Source of the DNA: a virus | Strand: one strand, 5' to 3' | IMG/VR virus record: IMGVR_UViG_3300020048_005080 | DNA: 64,000 nucleotides | In this document: piece after piece, positions 54,623 through 63,639 of the stretch | Position numbering within the stretch: the first letter of the stretch is position 1 | Layout of the letters: every line of letters begins with the position of its first letter | Notes under the pieces: generated by a model | Database searches by the model: none | The model's input: the letters and a program-made list of their open reading frames with translations, nothing else | What the model was told of the DNA's origin: nothing | Translations under genes and position numbers: made by a program

Positions 54623-55054
54623 TTATACGTCATCATCATCATTCTGTGTAAATCTAGATATTCCTGATGCAGCTCTTGTGTATGCTCCAAAATCCATTTC
54701 GTTTCCTGGAACATTTTCGAAATTACCAATTTGATTGAATTCTCTATCAAATACAGCAACATCAAAAGATAACGGAGATAACGTTTTTGTAATATATCTG
54801 GTAAACCCACCATCTCCTGTCTTTTTATGAGCCATAAAAAGACCTGCTTTTTCTAAATCACCAGATCTTAAGTCTGTTGCTGATTCTTTTAAAGATCCTA
54901 AAAAATTACCTAGATCTTTGCTATTTAATTCAGCAGGCATAGATGATTGTATAGGATTCGTAATTTGATCATCGAAAGGCATCCAATCAAAAATCAGATC
55001 TGTTGATTTACCTATATTTGCATCAAAGTTTTCGAATAACTTAATATATCTCAT
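54623..55054 (-). CDS. hypothetical protein, paralog A (MRYIKLFENFD ... RFTQNDDDDV)
   Basis: It shares its N-terminal tag and poly-Asp C-terminus with 55755..56396. Confidence 0.5.
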   Translation of the reverse strand: MRYIKLFENFDANIGKSTDLIFDWMPFDDQITNPIQSSMPAELNSKDLGNFLGSLKESATDLRSGDLEKAGLFMAHKKTGDGGFTRYITKTLSPLSFDVAVFDREFNQIGNFENVPGNEMDFGAYTRAASGISRFTQNDDDDV

Positions 55055-55211
55055 TTTATATTATTTTTTATAGATTATATATCCTTAGGAAAAACAAAAA
55101 TATAATAAAGAACTAAATGAAATAATAAAAACAGCAAATATTAGATATTCTTGGATCTCACTTAATGGTTTACATTTAAGATCACAATTAGGATCCCCGC
55201 AATAAACACAT

Positions 55212-55487
55212 TTATTTTTTTCTTCCCTTTCCATTTTTTTTCTTATTACTTACACAACAATATCTATCTATAGGAAGAATATTTACTAAAAGAATAACAG
55301 GCTTTTTCTGCTCTGGTGTATCTTCGTAGTCTTTCCAAGAATGCGCTATTAAATGTCCAATATTGTTATTAAGCAACCATAAGGTATCTTTAGATGGGGA
55401 TACAAAAGAGATTCTTTCGGGTTCATTGTTTTGTGAATATGCTACTCCTTGAAACAGTAAAAATAATAGGATACAAATTTTTTTCAT
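55212..55487 (-). CDS. small secreted protein
   Basis: Signal peptide MKKICILLFLLFQGVAYSQ. Confidence 0.4.
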   Translation of the reverse strand: MKKICILLFLLFQGVAYSQNNEPERISFVSPSKDTLWLLNNNIGHLIAHSWKDYEDTPEQKKPVILLVNILPIDRYCCVSNKKKNGKGRKK

Positions 55488-55545
55488 AATATATTTGGAT
55501 ATTATATTTGCTGTAAATATTTTTGTTTCCTAAAATATATAAATT

Positions 55546-55758
55546 ATGAATTTAAAAAAAGAATATATCAAAATCATATCAGAAAAAATATCTCTAAAAG
55601 AAGAAGATTTTAGCCATATAGAGAAAGAAATAGTAAATCTAGGGTTTGATATGGTAAAGGAGAAAATAGAAGAAATAAGAGAGCTTAATGATGAAATAAT
55701 AAGGCTTAAAATAGAAATATCAAATCTTAAATCTTATAATGACAATAATGATTATTAA
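55546..55758 (+). CDS. small coiled-coil protein
   Basis: 70-aa ORF. Confidence 0.3.
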   Translation: MNLKKEYIKIISEKISLKEEDFSHIEKEIVNLGFDMVKEKIEEIRELNDEIIRLKIEISNLKSYNDNNDY

Positions 55759-56396
55759 TCATCATCATCATCTCTAGTAAATCTATAAATACCTACTGCA
55801 CCTCTAGTAAGATCTGGGGTTTCTTTTCTAAACATTTCACATTTATCTTTTAAACCCTGTGGAAGTATAGGTTTGGTTGTATCAGTCCTTGAATCGTCGA
55901 AATTTATAAAATACTCAGCAAGATATTTTATAAGATTAATCATATCTTCTTTTTTTATCCATTCGGATTTATATTCCATATTATCTAATTCGTACTCGTT
56001 GACTTCGTCCTTATCTAAATAAAAAGCGGATTCAATTTCAATATCACTTAATTGATATTCTCCACCTTCTGGAGGATCATTATAAGTTCCTGTATAGTAT
56101 TTAGAAAATCCTCCACTGAATAAAATAACACAACTTATGTAAACCAAGGATTCAGATTTTTCTACAGGGAAACTAAAAATCATTTCCAAACTGCCATCAC
56201 CATCTTCATCAGGTTCAGCTTCATTTGTTCCGTCATATTCAACTTCAAACAATGATTCCTTTTTATCTTTTTCTAGCATATATGAATATAAGCCAAGAAA
56301 GCATAACTCCTCAGGCTCTAACTTATTAAGCCAAAATATTGAATCAGGCCATAGGTAATGAGAATCAAAATTTTCAAATAATTTTATGTTTTTCAT
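55755..56396 (-). CDS. hypothetical protein, paralog B (MKNIKLFENFD ... RFTRDDDDD)
   Basis: See 54623..55054. Confidence 0.5.
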   Translation of the reverse strand: MKNIKLFENFDSHYLWPDSIFWLNKLEPEELCFLGLYSYMLEKDKKESLFEVEYDGTNEAEPDEDGDGSLEMIFSFPVEKSESLVYISCVILFSGGFSKYYTGTYNDPPEGGEYQLSDIEIESAFYLDKDEVNEYELDNMEYKSEWIKKEDMINLIKYLAEYFINFDDSRTDTTKPILPQGLKDKCEMFRKETPDLTRGAVGIYRFTRDDDDD

Positions 56397-56412
56397 TATT
56401 TATATATCACTA

Positions 56413-56871
56413 TTATTTATGCTTACCTGATTTAAAATTTTTAAGCACATCTCCGACTTTATATTTTTTATCGGAATAGAAAAGAATTCCACATTCGGTA
56501 ATATAAGCATATGGAGGATTAGTTCTTCTTTCTATAATAGTCTCTGCTACTACACAATCGAAGTGCTTTTCGTCAGGAGCTATATAATCTTTATCTTCTA
56601 TTTCTAATCGGCAGGAATCTTTATATTCCCCTTTATGTATTGGATTAGAGCAGTTACCTTTATGTGAACCCCATCGAGTATTTCCGACTCCAATCACAAT
56701 ATATTCACATCCTTCTAAAGTGTATACTTTATAATTCAGATCATAACGTCTAGAGTTGTTACTTAATTCTCTAGTTTCTTTTTTACTTTCTACTGGATTG
56801 GAATTACATGACATTAAAACAACAGTAGTAATAAAGATCTGTAATATAGACAATATGCTATTTTTTTTCAT
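56413..56871 (-). CDS. lipoprotein
   Basis: MKKNSILSILQIFITTVVLMSCNS is a lipoprotein signal. Confidence 0.5.
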   Translation of the reverse strand: MKKNSILSILQIFITTVVLMSCNSNPVESKKETRELSNNSRRYDLNYKVYTLEGCEYIVIGVGNTRWGSHKGNCSNPIHKGEYKDSCRLEIEDKDYIAPDEKHFDCVVAETIIERRTNPPYAYITECGILFYSDKKYKVGDVLKNFKSGKHK

Positions 56872-56930
56872 TTTTAGATTTTATACAAATCTATAGAATA
56901 TTCGACTTAGTAAAAAATGATTTTTTAGAA
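56872..56930 (-). promoter_or_regulatory. promoter cassette (embedded in the 3' end of the upstream ORF)
   Basis: On the minus strand: AAAATCATTTTTTACTAAGTCGAATATTCTATAGATTTG. Confidence 0.45.
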
Positions 56931-57109
56931 AATATCCTATTATGTAAAAATAGGTAGGTATAAACAGATATTAGGCTAAAAGGCCAAAATAGACACCCAA
57001 TTAAGTAAATTAATGGTCTTTCTACTCTAGAATTAAATATTGATATTAACCAGAAAATAATTCCAGATGATATCATAAGGGTCATAAAAATCACAAACAA
57101 TGTATACAT
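56891..57109 (-). CDS. small membrane protein
   Basis: Two TM helices. Confidence 0.35.
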   Translation of the reverse strand: MYTLFVIFMTLMISSGIIFWLISIFNSRVERPLIYLIGCLFWPFSLISVYTYLFLHNRIFSKKSFFTKSNIL

Positions 57110-57119
57110 ATCAGTTATA

Positions 57120-58832
57120 TTAAATAAATTCTAAATTGTCAAAAGATTTAAGATAGCTCATTTCCCAAATTTGTGACTCTTTAACTTTCTCTTTTTTCTT
57201 CTCGACTTTACCTTCTGATTTATTAACAGCTTTCTTAATAAGCTTCACATCTTTTTTAGTAACATTCTTAGGATCTATTTTATGTTTAGGAGCTAATGGG
57301 TTGTGTGATCCTTTTCCACTTGGTTTATGTACTGCGTGATGTGATATACCTGTATGTAATTCGTGCTTATATTCTTTTAATAATGTATTAGCTTCAGCAA
57401 AAGATTTAATTTGTAGATCAAACCATTTTTTAACACCATCAACTGTAGGCTGTATATATTTTGCTATCACTTTAGCTGCAGAGCTTGTCATAGGCTTAAC
57501 CAATTTATCCAGTCCTTTAGCTATAATTTTTGTAAATGTATTATTTGCTTTCTTCGATATAGAACTAATAAATGAAGTTATTTTAGCAGGCATATTTATT
57601 AAGAAATCAAAACCTTTAACTATACCCTGGCCAGCTTTAAGAATAAAGTCCCAAATCCATCCAAGAACAGAAGAAAGTATTGATGATGATGCTAAAGCAA
57701 CAACACCCGTTAATATTTTACCAATTGCTCCTGCTCCCGCTTTTTTAAGAGCTGCTTTAGCTACCTCGTCTCCAGCTTTTTTTGATAAATCTACTCCGAA
57801 TTTTTTTGCTGTAGCTACTCCTGCTGCTTCTATAAAGTGGTGTATTGCTCCTCCTGGCTTAGCTATAGTTTTAGCTGCTCCTGATAATGCAGATTTAGTA
57901 GAAGTACCAACTGCTACACTTTCTGTACCTGATGCAGGATTTATAATAGATGTTCCAGCTTTAACAACATCATATATTCCTAATGCTACCATACCGCCTC
58001 CTATTACTACTTCGGGCAAAGCCTGAGAAACACCAGAAGCCATTTTTGCTAGCGGGGTTATAGTTTGGTTTTTATCAAGTATTTTTTTAGAATTTTTTAT
58101 TTTTACCCATCCTTCGTAAAGATGAATTCCCCCACCTAGTGCCTGAAATACACCAGCAGCTACAGCAAGAGGTGGTTCTAGCCAAGAAAAAGCAGCAGAT
58201 CCTAGAGCTACAGCTCCTAATATACCTAATATAGCAGATATAACACTCATAGCTAAAGCTGCCCAATCTAGCCATGTCATGTCTTTTACGAATTGTACAA
58301 CTACATTTCCACATGTTTTAAGAAATTCCCAAGCTTTTTGAGCTCCATAAGATAAAGCGTCGTATCCTTTTTTAAGAACGGATGCAGTTTTTTTAATTGC
58401 ACTCTTAGCGACAGATTTTACTTTATTCCATCCGGCTTTTATATCGCTCCAGCCAATTCCCCATTCATTTATATTATTGCTTCTTCCTCTAGCAACAGCA
58501 AATGTACTTTTTTCAATAACGAATCCTTCGCCATTTTTCATTAGTATCATATGTGTATCTGCATCAAGATATACGAATTGTCCAGGTGTTTCTAACCAAT
58601 GAGACTTGTTCTCATAAAGCATTGATATTTCATAGTAAGCATGAGCTTTTTCTAATAAAGCTTCATCAACGGATCCTTCAGATTCTAGCAAAGGGCCTCT
58701 GAACATATTTTTAAATTCTGCCTTGCTATACTTGGGTGCTGATCCGTTCTCGTTTAAAGAGAAAACATCATCAAGATCTATAAGATTAGATTCATTAGAA
58801 AATTGATCAAAATCAGATATAATATTAGTCAT
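57120..58832 (-). CDS. large Ala/Gly/Lys-rich membrane-associated protein
   Basis: 570 aa with a central hydrophobic Gly/Ala-rich region and a highly basic C-terminal tail. Confidence 0.55.
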   Translation of the reverse strand: MTNIISDFDQFSNESNLIDLDDVFSLNENGSAPKYSKAEFKNMFRGPLLESEGSVDEALLEKAHAYYEISMLYENKSHWLETPGQFVYLDADTHMILMKNGEGFVIEKSTFAVARGRSNNINEWGIGWSDIKAGWNKVKSVAKSAIKKTASVLKKGYDALSYGAQKAWEFLKTCGNVVVQFVKDMTWLDWAALAMSVISAILGILGAVALGSAAFSWLEPPLAVAAGVFQALGGGIHLYEGWVKIKNSKKILDKNQTITPLAKMASGVSQALPEVVIGGGMVALGIYDVVKAGTSIINPASGTESVAVGTSTKSALSGAAKTIAKPGGAIHHFIEAAGVATAKKFGVDLSKKAGDEVAKAALKKAGAGAIGKILTGVVALASSSILSSVLGWIWDFILKAGQGIVKGFDFLINMPAKITSFISSISKKANNTFTKIIAKGLDKLVKPMTSSAAKVIAKYIQPTVDGVKKWFDLQIKSFAEANTLLKEYKHELHTGISHHAVHKPSGKGSHNPLAPKHKIDPKNVTKKDVKLIKKAVNKSEGKVEKKKEKVKESQIWEMSYLKSFDNLEFI

Positions 58833-58871
58833 AAGATATTTTTAACTAATTATATATCCAGATTTAAAAAA

Positions 58872-59738
58872 TTACCCCAAGTATGATCTTAGTAATCTGC
58901 TTCTTGTAGAAACTCTAAGTTTCTTAATTCCCTTCTCCTTTATCTGTCTTGCACGTTCTCTAGATATCTCTAATTTCTGTCCAATTTCGTCTAATGATCT
59001 TGGACAAGACTGATCGATACCATAGAACATTTTAATCACATTTTTAGAGCGTATGTCTAGTGTATTAAGACTTCTTTCTATTTCTGTTCTTAAAGATTCG
59101 TGAATTAATAAATTGTCTGCAGATGGAGAATCGGGATTAATTAAAACCTCAATCATTGCTGAAGCTTCAGAATCCCCGCCTAACGGTGCATCAAAGGATG
59201 TGTGTTTTAAAGATGTCTTGACAGTTTCTGAAATTTTATATTCAGGAATATCCAAAGCTTCTGATATCTCTTCGTGAGTTGGTATTCTTTCTAGATCCTG
59301 CTCTAATTTTCCTATAGTTCTATTAATTTTACTAAGAACCCCAACCTGATTTAAAGGTATACGAATAACCCTAGATTTTTCAGAAAGAGCTTCTAATATA
59401 CTCTGTCTAATCCACCAAACTGCATACGATATAAATTTGAATCCTCTTGTTTCGTCAAATTTTCTAGCTGCTTTTATTAGACCTAGATTACCCTCGTTTA
59501 TAAGATCTATTAGTGGTAATCCTTGATTCTGGTATTGCTTAGCAACAGATACTACGAATCTTAGATTTGCTTTAGTTAATTTATCTAAAGCAGCTTGATC
59601 TCCTTCTCTAATTCTTCTTGCTAATCTAGTTTCTTCCTCTATTGTAATCAGAGCCTCCTTAGAAATATCACTAAGATACTTTTCCAATGATTTATCTGCA
59701 CGGTTAGTAATAGATTGGGTAATCTTAAGTTGTCTCAT
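58872..59738 (-). CDS. rpoD: RNA polymerase sigma factor, near copy of the Bacteroidota primary sigma A
   Basis: MRQLKITQSITNR, LTKANLRFVVSVAKQYQNQGLPLIDLINEGNLGLIKAARKFDETRGFKFISYAVWWIRQSI, and the terminal LRSYLG. The short 288-aa form is characteristic of Bacteroidota. Confidence 0.9.
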   Translation of the reverse strand: MRQLKITQSITNRADKSLEKYLSDISKEALITIEEETRLARRIREGDQAALDKLTKANLRFVVSVAKQYQNQGLPLIDLINEGNLGLIKAARKFDETRGFKFISYAVWWIRQSILEALSEKSRVIRIPLNQVGVLSKINRTIGKLEQDLERIPTHEEISEALDIPEYKISETVKTSLKHTSFDAPLGGDSEASAMIEVLINPDSPSADNLLIHESLRTEIERSLNTLDIRSKNVIKMFYGIDQSCPRSLDEIGQKLEISRERARQIKEKGIKKLRVSTRSRLLRSYLG

Positions 59739-59744
59739 CTATAG

Positions 59745-59812
59745 GCTTTTAAAGTTTATAAGCGCTAATGTAGAAAATTCTTATGCTATAAAAAAATGAT
59801 TTTCAAGGATAT
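59745..59812 (-). promoter_or_regulatory. promoter cassette
   Basis: On the minus strand: GAAAATCATTTTTTTATAGCATAAGAATTTTCTACATTAGCG. Confidence 0.5.
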
Positions 59813-59841
59813 TAATAAAATTTCTTGTTATAACAGGTAAA

Positions 59842-60387
59842 TTATATCTTAAATTTATTTATAAACTCATCTATATTATCACTCCACATTATCATAGCAT
59901 TTTCTTTTATCTTATCTTCGTCCCAATTCCACCATGAAATATTTAGAAGATCTTCTATTTGCTGATAAGTAAATCTCATCTTTACAACCTTAGCAGGATT
60001 ACCTGCAACTATAGAATAAGGTGGAACATCCTTTGTTACTACAGATCCGCTAGCTACAATAGACCCATTAGATATTTTTACACCTGACATTATAGTAGCT
60101 TTTGCGCCTATCCACACATCATTCTCTATTATAATATCTCCCTTACAAGAAGGATGACCCATTTTCATGTGCATTTCTGCTATTGTATCATTTACTAGAC
60201 CTAGTAGCTGAGAGCTAGTAGTTACCCAATCTGGTCTATGATTTGCATGTAGAAAAAAATTACAATCCCTGCCGACCGAATTATATTTGCCTAAGATAAT
60301 CTTATATTGATCACTCCATGTAATTATGTTTACATTCCTATCAAAATATGTTCCTCTATCAGGATGCCACAGGTGTATATTTTCCAT
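59842..60387 (-). CDS. hexapeptide-repeat acetyltransferase (xenobiotic acetyltransferase, CatB/Vat-like)
   Basis: NVWIGAKATIMSGVKISNGSIVASGSVVTKDVPPYSIVAGNPAKVV is a left-handed beta-helix. The N-terminal domain is XAT-like. Confidence 0.8.
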   Translation of the reverse strand: MENIHLWHPDRGTYFDRNVNIITWSDQYKIILGKYNSVGRDCNFFLHANHRPDWVTTSSQLLGLVNDTIAEMHMKMGHPSCKGDIIIENDVWIGAKATIMSGVKISNGSIVASGSVVTKDVPPYSIVAGNPAKVVKMRFTYQQIEDLLNISWWNWDEDKIKENAMIMWSDNIDEFINKFKI

Positions 60388-60469
60388 TGCTTTAAATTTT
60401 TACATTCAAGATTATTAACTCTACTAATTTATATACTAAATAGGATCTTAAGTTTCTGCCTCAGCACAC

Positions 60470-60508
60470 AAAAAACCCCAGAATTTTTAAAGTTCCGGGG
60501 TTTTTAAA
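60470..60508 (-). terminator. rho-independent terminator
   Basis: AAAAAACCCCAGAA-loop-TTCCGGGGTTTTT. Confidence 0.6.
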
Positions 60509-60509
60509 T

Positions 60510-62048
60510 TTATCCTAATATACCTTTGATCTTATCTTTATTGTCTATTAATTTTTTAAGTAATCCTTGTAGTTCAGATGTAAGAATCTTACCTCCATCA
60601 ACCTTAACTTCTTTTCCAGCTAGGCTTTTAATCATATTAGAAACCTTAACTATCGCTTTCTCTGTATTTCTACCGTATGCTCCGTCAGTTGTAAGTTTTA
60701 CTCCTATTCCTAAATTGTTATAGTCTTCTTGGAATTTTTTAATAGCGGGTGCATTAGGCCCATCTTTTTTAAGATTTCCTTTTTCAACATTACCGCTCTT
60801 AATATCTTTACCTTCTTCTTTAGGCTCTTCTTTACCGCCTTCTACTTTTCCTGTAAGGTCTTTTTTATCCTTAGTAAATTCTTTTCCTTCTTTATCTTTA
60901 AAGAATACCTTATCACCCTCCATTTTAATTATTTCACTTTGAGCTTCTTCTCCGTTTTCTTTTTTGTATTTAACTACATCGCCTTCTTTATATTCTATAA
61001 CTGGTGTACTTGCTTTAGCATCAGCAATTGCTTTATCGTCGATCTCTTTAGCTTTATCTGACATAGAATTTATACTTGTGATAATAGTAGACATACCATC
61101 TGCTATTTTCTTATCCACTCCGATTTTAGTTAATTCTGATTTTTGAAGATCGTTAGTTTCTTGTATTATTTTATCAATTTCTGTATTCATTGATTCAAGT
61201 TTATCCTTTCTTTCTTTTCTTTTCATCTTCTCCCAAGCTCCTTTATCAGTAAGTAACTTTTGGTATTCATCAAATTTACCAATAACCTCTGAAGCTTTAC
61301 CCTTTAAGGCATCGGTACTAGGCGTTTTTTGTTGAGAGACCATTTCAGAGTAAATAGATTTCATTTTATCCGAAAGAGCATCTCTTTCATCATCAAATGT
61401 ATTTTTCTCGTAAAGTGAAGGATAACTGTAATTATCGAATCCTAATAGATTTTTATAAGGAGAGACATTACGATTTTCTTTTAGAGGCTGACTCTTAAGA
61501 ATATCTTGATAGCTTATTATCTTACTAGTAACCATTTTATTGATTACCTCTGCGTATTTCTTAGCTTCTTCTGTTGAAGCAACATCATTATAAATGTTTT
61601 TAATAGCACTGGCTGATTTATTTGCATCTTCTTTAATGCTATCATATTTAGGGTCTACCTTTTCTGCTACTTTTTTAATTACAGATTCCATAGTATCTGC
61701 TCTTTTAGCTGGATCTTTTTCCTCTGATACTGATAATAAATCTGCAAGTACATCCGGATATTTAGGTGCCTTAGTTGCGACAAACATGTAGCATTTAAAA
61801 AATAGAGATACTATCTCGCTTATAGTTTTTACTGTTCCTGATGTTGCTCCTGCTCCTGTAGCTGCTCCTGTAGCTGCTCCCGTCGCTGCTCCTGTTGCTG
61901 CTCCTGTCGCTGCTGGTGCTGCTCCTGTAGCTGCTGGTGCTGCTCCTGTAGCTGCTGGTGCTGCTGGTGTAGGTGCTGCTCCAGTTACTGCTACTTGTTC
62001 GTATACCTGTGTATAACTATTAAAGTTTAATATATTTCGATATTGCAT
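60510..62048 (-). CDS. Lys-rich protein with N-terminal (A-A-P/T-G) repeats and a C-terminal PG_binding_1 domain
   Basis: AAPAATGAAPAATGAATGAATG repeats from 15-18-bp DNA repeats at 61850-61990. The C-terminus is IKKFQEDYNNLGIGVKLTTDGAYGRNTEKAI. Confidence 0.6.
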   Translation of the reverse strand: MQYRNILNFNSYTQVYEQVAVTGAAPTPAAPAATGAAPAATGAAPAATGAATGAATGAATGAATGAGATSGTVKTISEIVSLFFKCYMFVATKAPKYPDVLADLLSVSEEKDPAKRADTMESVIKKVAEKVDPKYDSIKEDANKSASAIKNIYNDVASTEEAKKYAEVINKMVTSKIISYQDILKSQPLKENRNVSPYKNLLGFDNYSYPSLYEKNTFDDERDALSDKMKSIYSEMVSQQKTPSTDALKGKASEVIGKFDEYQKLLTDKGAWEKMKRKERKDKLESMNTEIDKIIQETNDLQKSELTKIGVDKKIADGMSTIITSINSMSDKAKEIDDKAIADAKASTPVIEYKEGDVVKYKKENGEEAQSEIIKMEGDKVFFKDKEGKEFTKDKKDLTGKVEGGKEEPKEEGKDIKSGNVEKGNLKKDGPNAPAIKKFQEDYNNLGIGVKLTTDGAYGRNTEKAIVKVSNMIKSLAGKEVKVDGGKILTSELQGLLKKLIDNKDKIKGILG

Positions 62049-62090
62049 CGTTTATTGTTTTTCTTATATATATCTAAGAAAAAAATGATT
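62049..62090 (-). promoter_or_regulatory. promoter cassette (short variant)
   Basis: On the minus strand: AAAATCATTTTTTTCTTAGATATATATAAG. Confidence 0.4.
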
Positions 62091-62447
62091 TTATTTCTTA
62101 TCGCTATTTCTTTTTAAATTTTCAGATCTTGATATAGCTAATAAATTACTTGGGTCATCATTATATCGATCCCCGTCTATATGTATAATAACATGCCCTT
62201 CTGGAATAGGCCCAAATGTTTCCTCGTAAGCAACCCTAGGTCTTCTAGCCCTTTTACCTGTGCCATTCCAAAGATATGTACAGTCTTTTTTCATTACTTG
62301 AACTCCTCCGCCCCAGGTGATATGGGTTTCTCCTGTATGGTGTTCACCCTTAGTAAATACAGTATCAGATTTTCCGTTAACACCTTTTTTACCTTTATTC
62401 CAAGGGGGTTTCCCCTTAATAAATTGTCCATTACTGCTTCTCTCCAT
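62091..62447 (-). CDS. HNH endonuclease
   Basis: GHVIIHIDGDRYNDDPSNLLAISRSENLKRN is an HNH motif. The N-terminal domain has PWNKGKKG repeats. Confidence 0.65.
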   Translation of the reverse strand: MERSSNGQFIKGKPPWNKGKKGVNGKSDTVFTKGEHHTGETHITWGGGVQVMKKDCTYLWNGTGKRARRPRVAYEETFGPIPEGHVIIHIDGDRYNDDPSNLLAISRSENLKRNSDKK

Positions 62448-63055
62448 TATTTAATCTTTTTGTAGATCCAGCAAGCATCATTTATACCAGAAAATTTAGG
62501 TATATTAAAACAATCACACTCTTCAAAATCATTGTAAAGGGACTCAAAGAAAGCATCATCACCCGTACAACCACCGTGTCCTTCACCTACATATATTAAA
62601 TATGCTCCAACTTTCATACTGGTTACAACATTATGAGCCATTGGCTTATCGTAAGGAGGCCAAGCCATAAAAACATTACGATCTTCATATTTTTTCACAG
62701 CTTCATCAGCATGTAATTTCTCTACTTTGCAGTGAAATTTACCGTCTCTGCACCATCCATTTTTTTTATTTGGCTGTATATCAGTTGCTATAATATCAGC
62801 TCCTTGAACAATTGCTATGCTTTCAGTATAAGCAAATCCTGCCCCTACCGAAACAATTGGACCATGTTCTAATAATTTAGATACCAATTCTTGATTTGGT
62901 ACATGCCATGATGTTCCCACCCTGAATTGCTCTCTTTTCTCGTAAGAAGCATAAAAATCTCCAGACTCCCGCATTTTTTTCATCATGCTTAAAAAATCCA
63001 TATCAGGAGATACCATCTCTTTTATGTCATCTGGTGCAAATACTGTGTTATCCAT
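62447..63055 (-). CDS. hypothetical protein
   Basis: 202-aa ORF. Confidence 0.5.
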   Translation of the reverse strand: MDNTVFAPDDIKEMVSPDMDFLSMMKKMRESGDFYASYEKREQFRVGTSWHVPNQELVSKLLEHGPIVSVGAGFAYTESIAIVQGADIIATDIQPNKKNGWCRDGKFHCKVEKLHADEAVKKYEDRNVFMAWPPYDKPMAHNVVTSMKVGAYLIYVGEGHGGCTGDDAFFESLYNDFEECDCFNIPKFSGINDACWIYKKIK

Positions 63056-63061
63056 AATTTT

Positions 63062-63268
63062 TTAATTACCTTTTAATGAACTGATGCAAACATTCTTATC
63101 CGTTATGCTCTCTTTATAACCCCATATATCAGAAGTTATCATATGACAAGCATGTTTTTTATTTTGAATCTTTCCAATCCCTTCAATAGTTTTAACATAT
63201 CCTGGCCAAGATTTACTGTGTGAATCATCTTTAGTCCAGGGGCATTCTTTACATGGCTTTCTATCCAT
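63062..63268 (-). CDS. small Cys-rich protein
   Basis: CKECPW...CHMI...CISS. Confidence 0.35.
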   Translation of the reverse strand: MDRKPCKECPWTKDDSHSKSWPGYVKTIEGIGKIQNKKHACHMITSDIWGYKESITDKNVCISSLKGN

Positions 63269-63560
63269 TTGCTTTACACATTAAACATCCATTATCCATT
63301 TCTGGATTACTTCTTTCTCCTGGCATTCCTTTGTACTTAATCCATGGGCCAGAAGGATCTTCTTTGCCATCCCATTTATTAAGAGCTTCTAAAGCATCTG
63401 ATTCATTCGAATAACAATATCTTCCGTAATATAGATTCTCATCCATTCCTATTACCAATCCAGTAGTGAAAATAAATTTTCTAAGTCCGCATAAGCCTCT
63501 TCCTGGAATTTCTCTTATTTCGTAATAACCTTCTGTCTCAAGATATGCTTTTAAATCCAT
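63261..63560 (-). CDS. hypothetical protein
   Basis: 99-aa ORF. Confidence 0.45.
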   Translation of the reverse strand: MDLKAYLETEGYYEIREIPGRGLCGLRKFIFTTGLVIGMDENLYYGRYCYSNESDALEALNKWDGKEDPSGPWIKYKGMPGERSNPEMDNGCLMCKANG

Positions 63561-63625
63561 GTCTATTATTTTTATAAAACAAATATAGAAACATCTACTA
63601 AAACAAAAAAATGATTTCAGTAAAT
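63561..63625 (-). promoter_or_regulatory. promoter cassette
   Basis: On the minus strand: GAAATCATTTTTTTGTTTTAGTAGATGTTTCTATATTTG, with -33 TTTG and -7 TATATTTG. Confidence 0.55.
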
Positions 63626-63639
63626 TAATTTTATTTTCT

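Noticed and set aside
54610-54813. 67-aa ORF overlapping 54623..55054 in another frame.
   Set aside because: The longer frame carries the conserved N-terminal tag and the poly-Asp tail shared with its paralog, so the short frame is spurious.
58087-58314. 75-aa Cys-rich ORF and the several plus-strand ORFs at 60526-61791.
   Set aside because: They sit in alternative frames or antisense within long repeat-containing genes and have no independent support.
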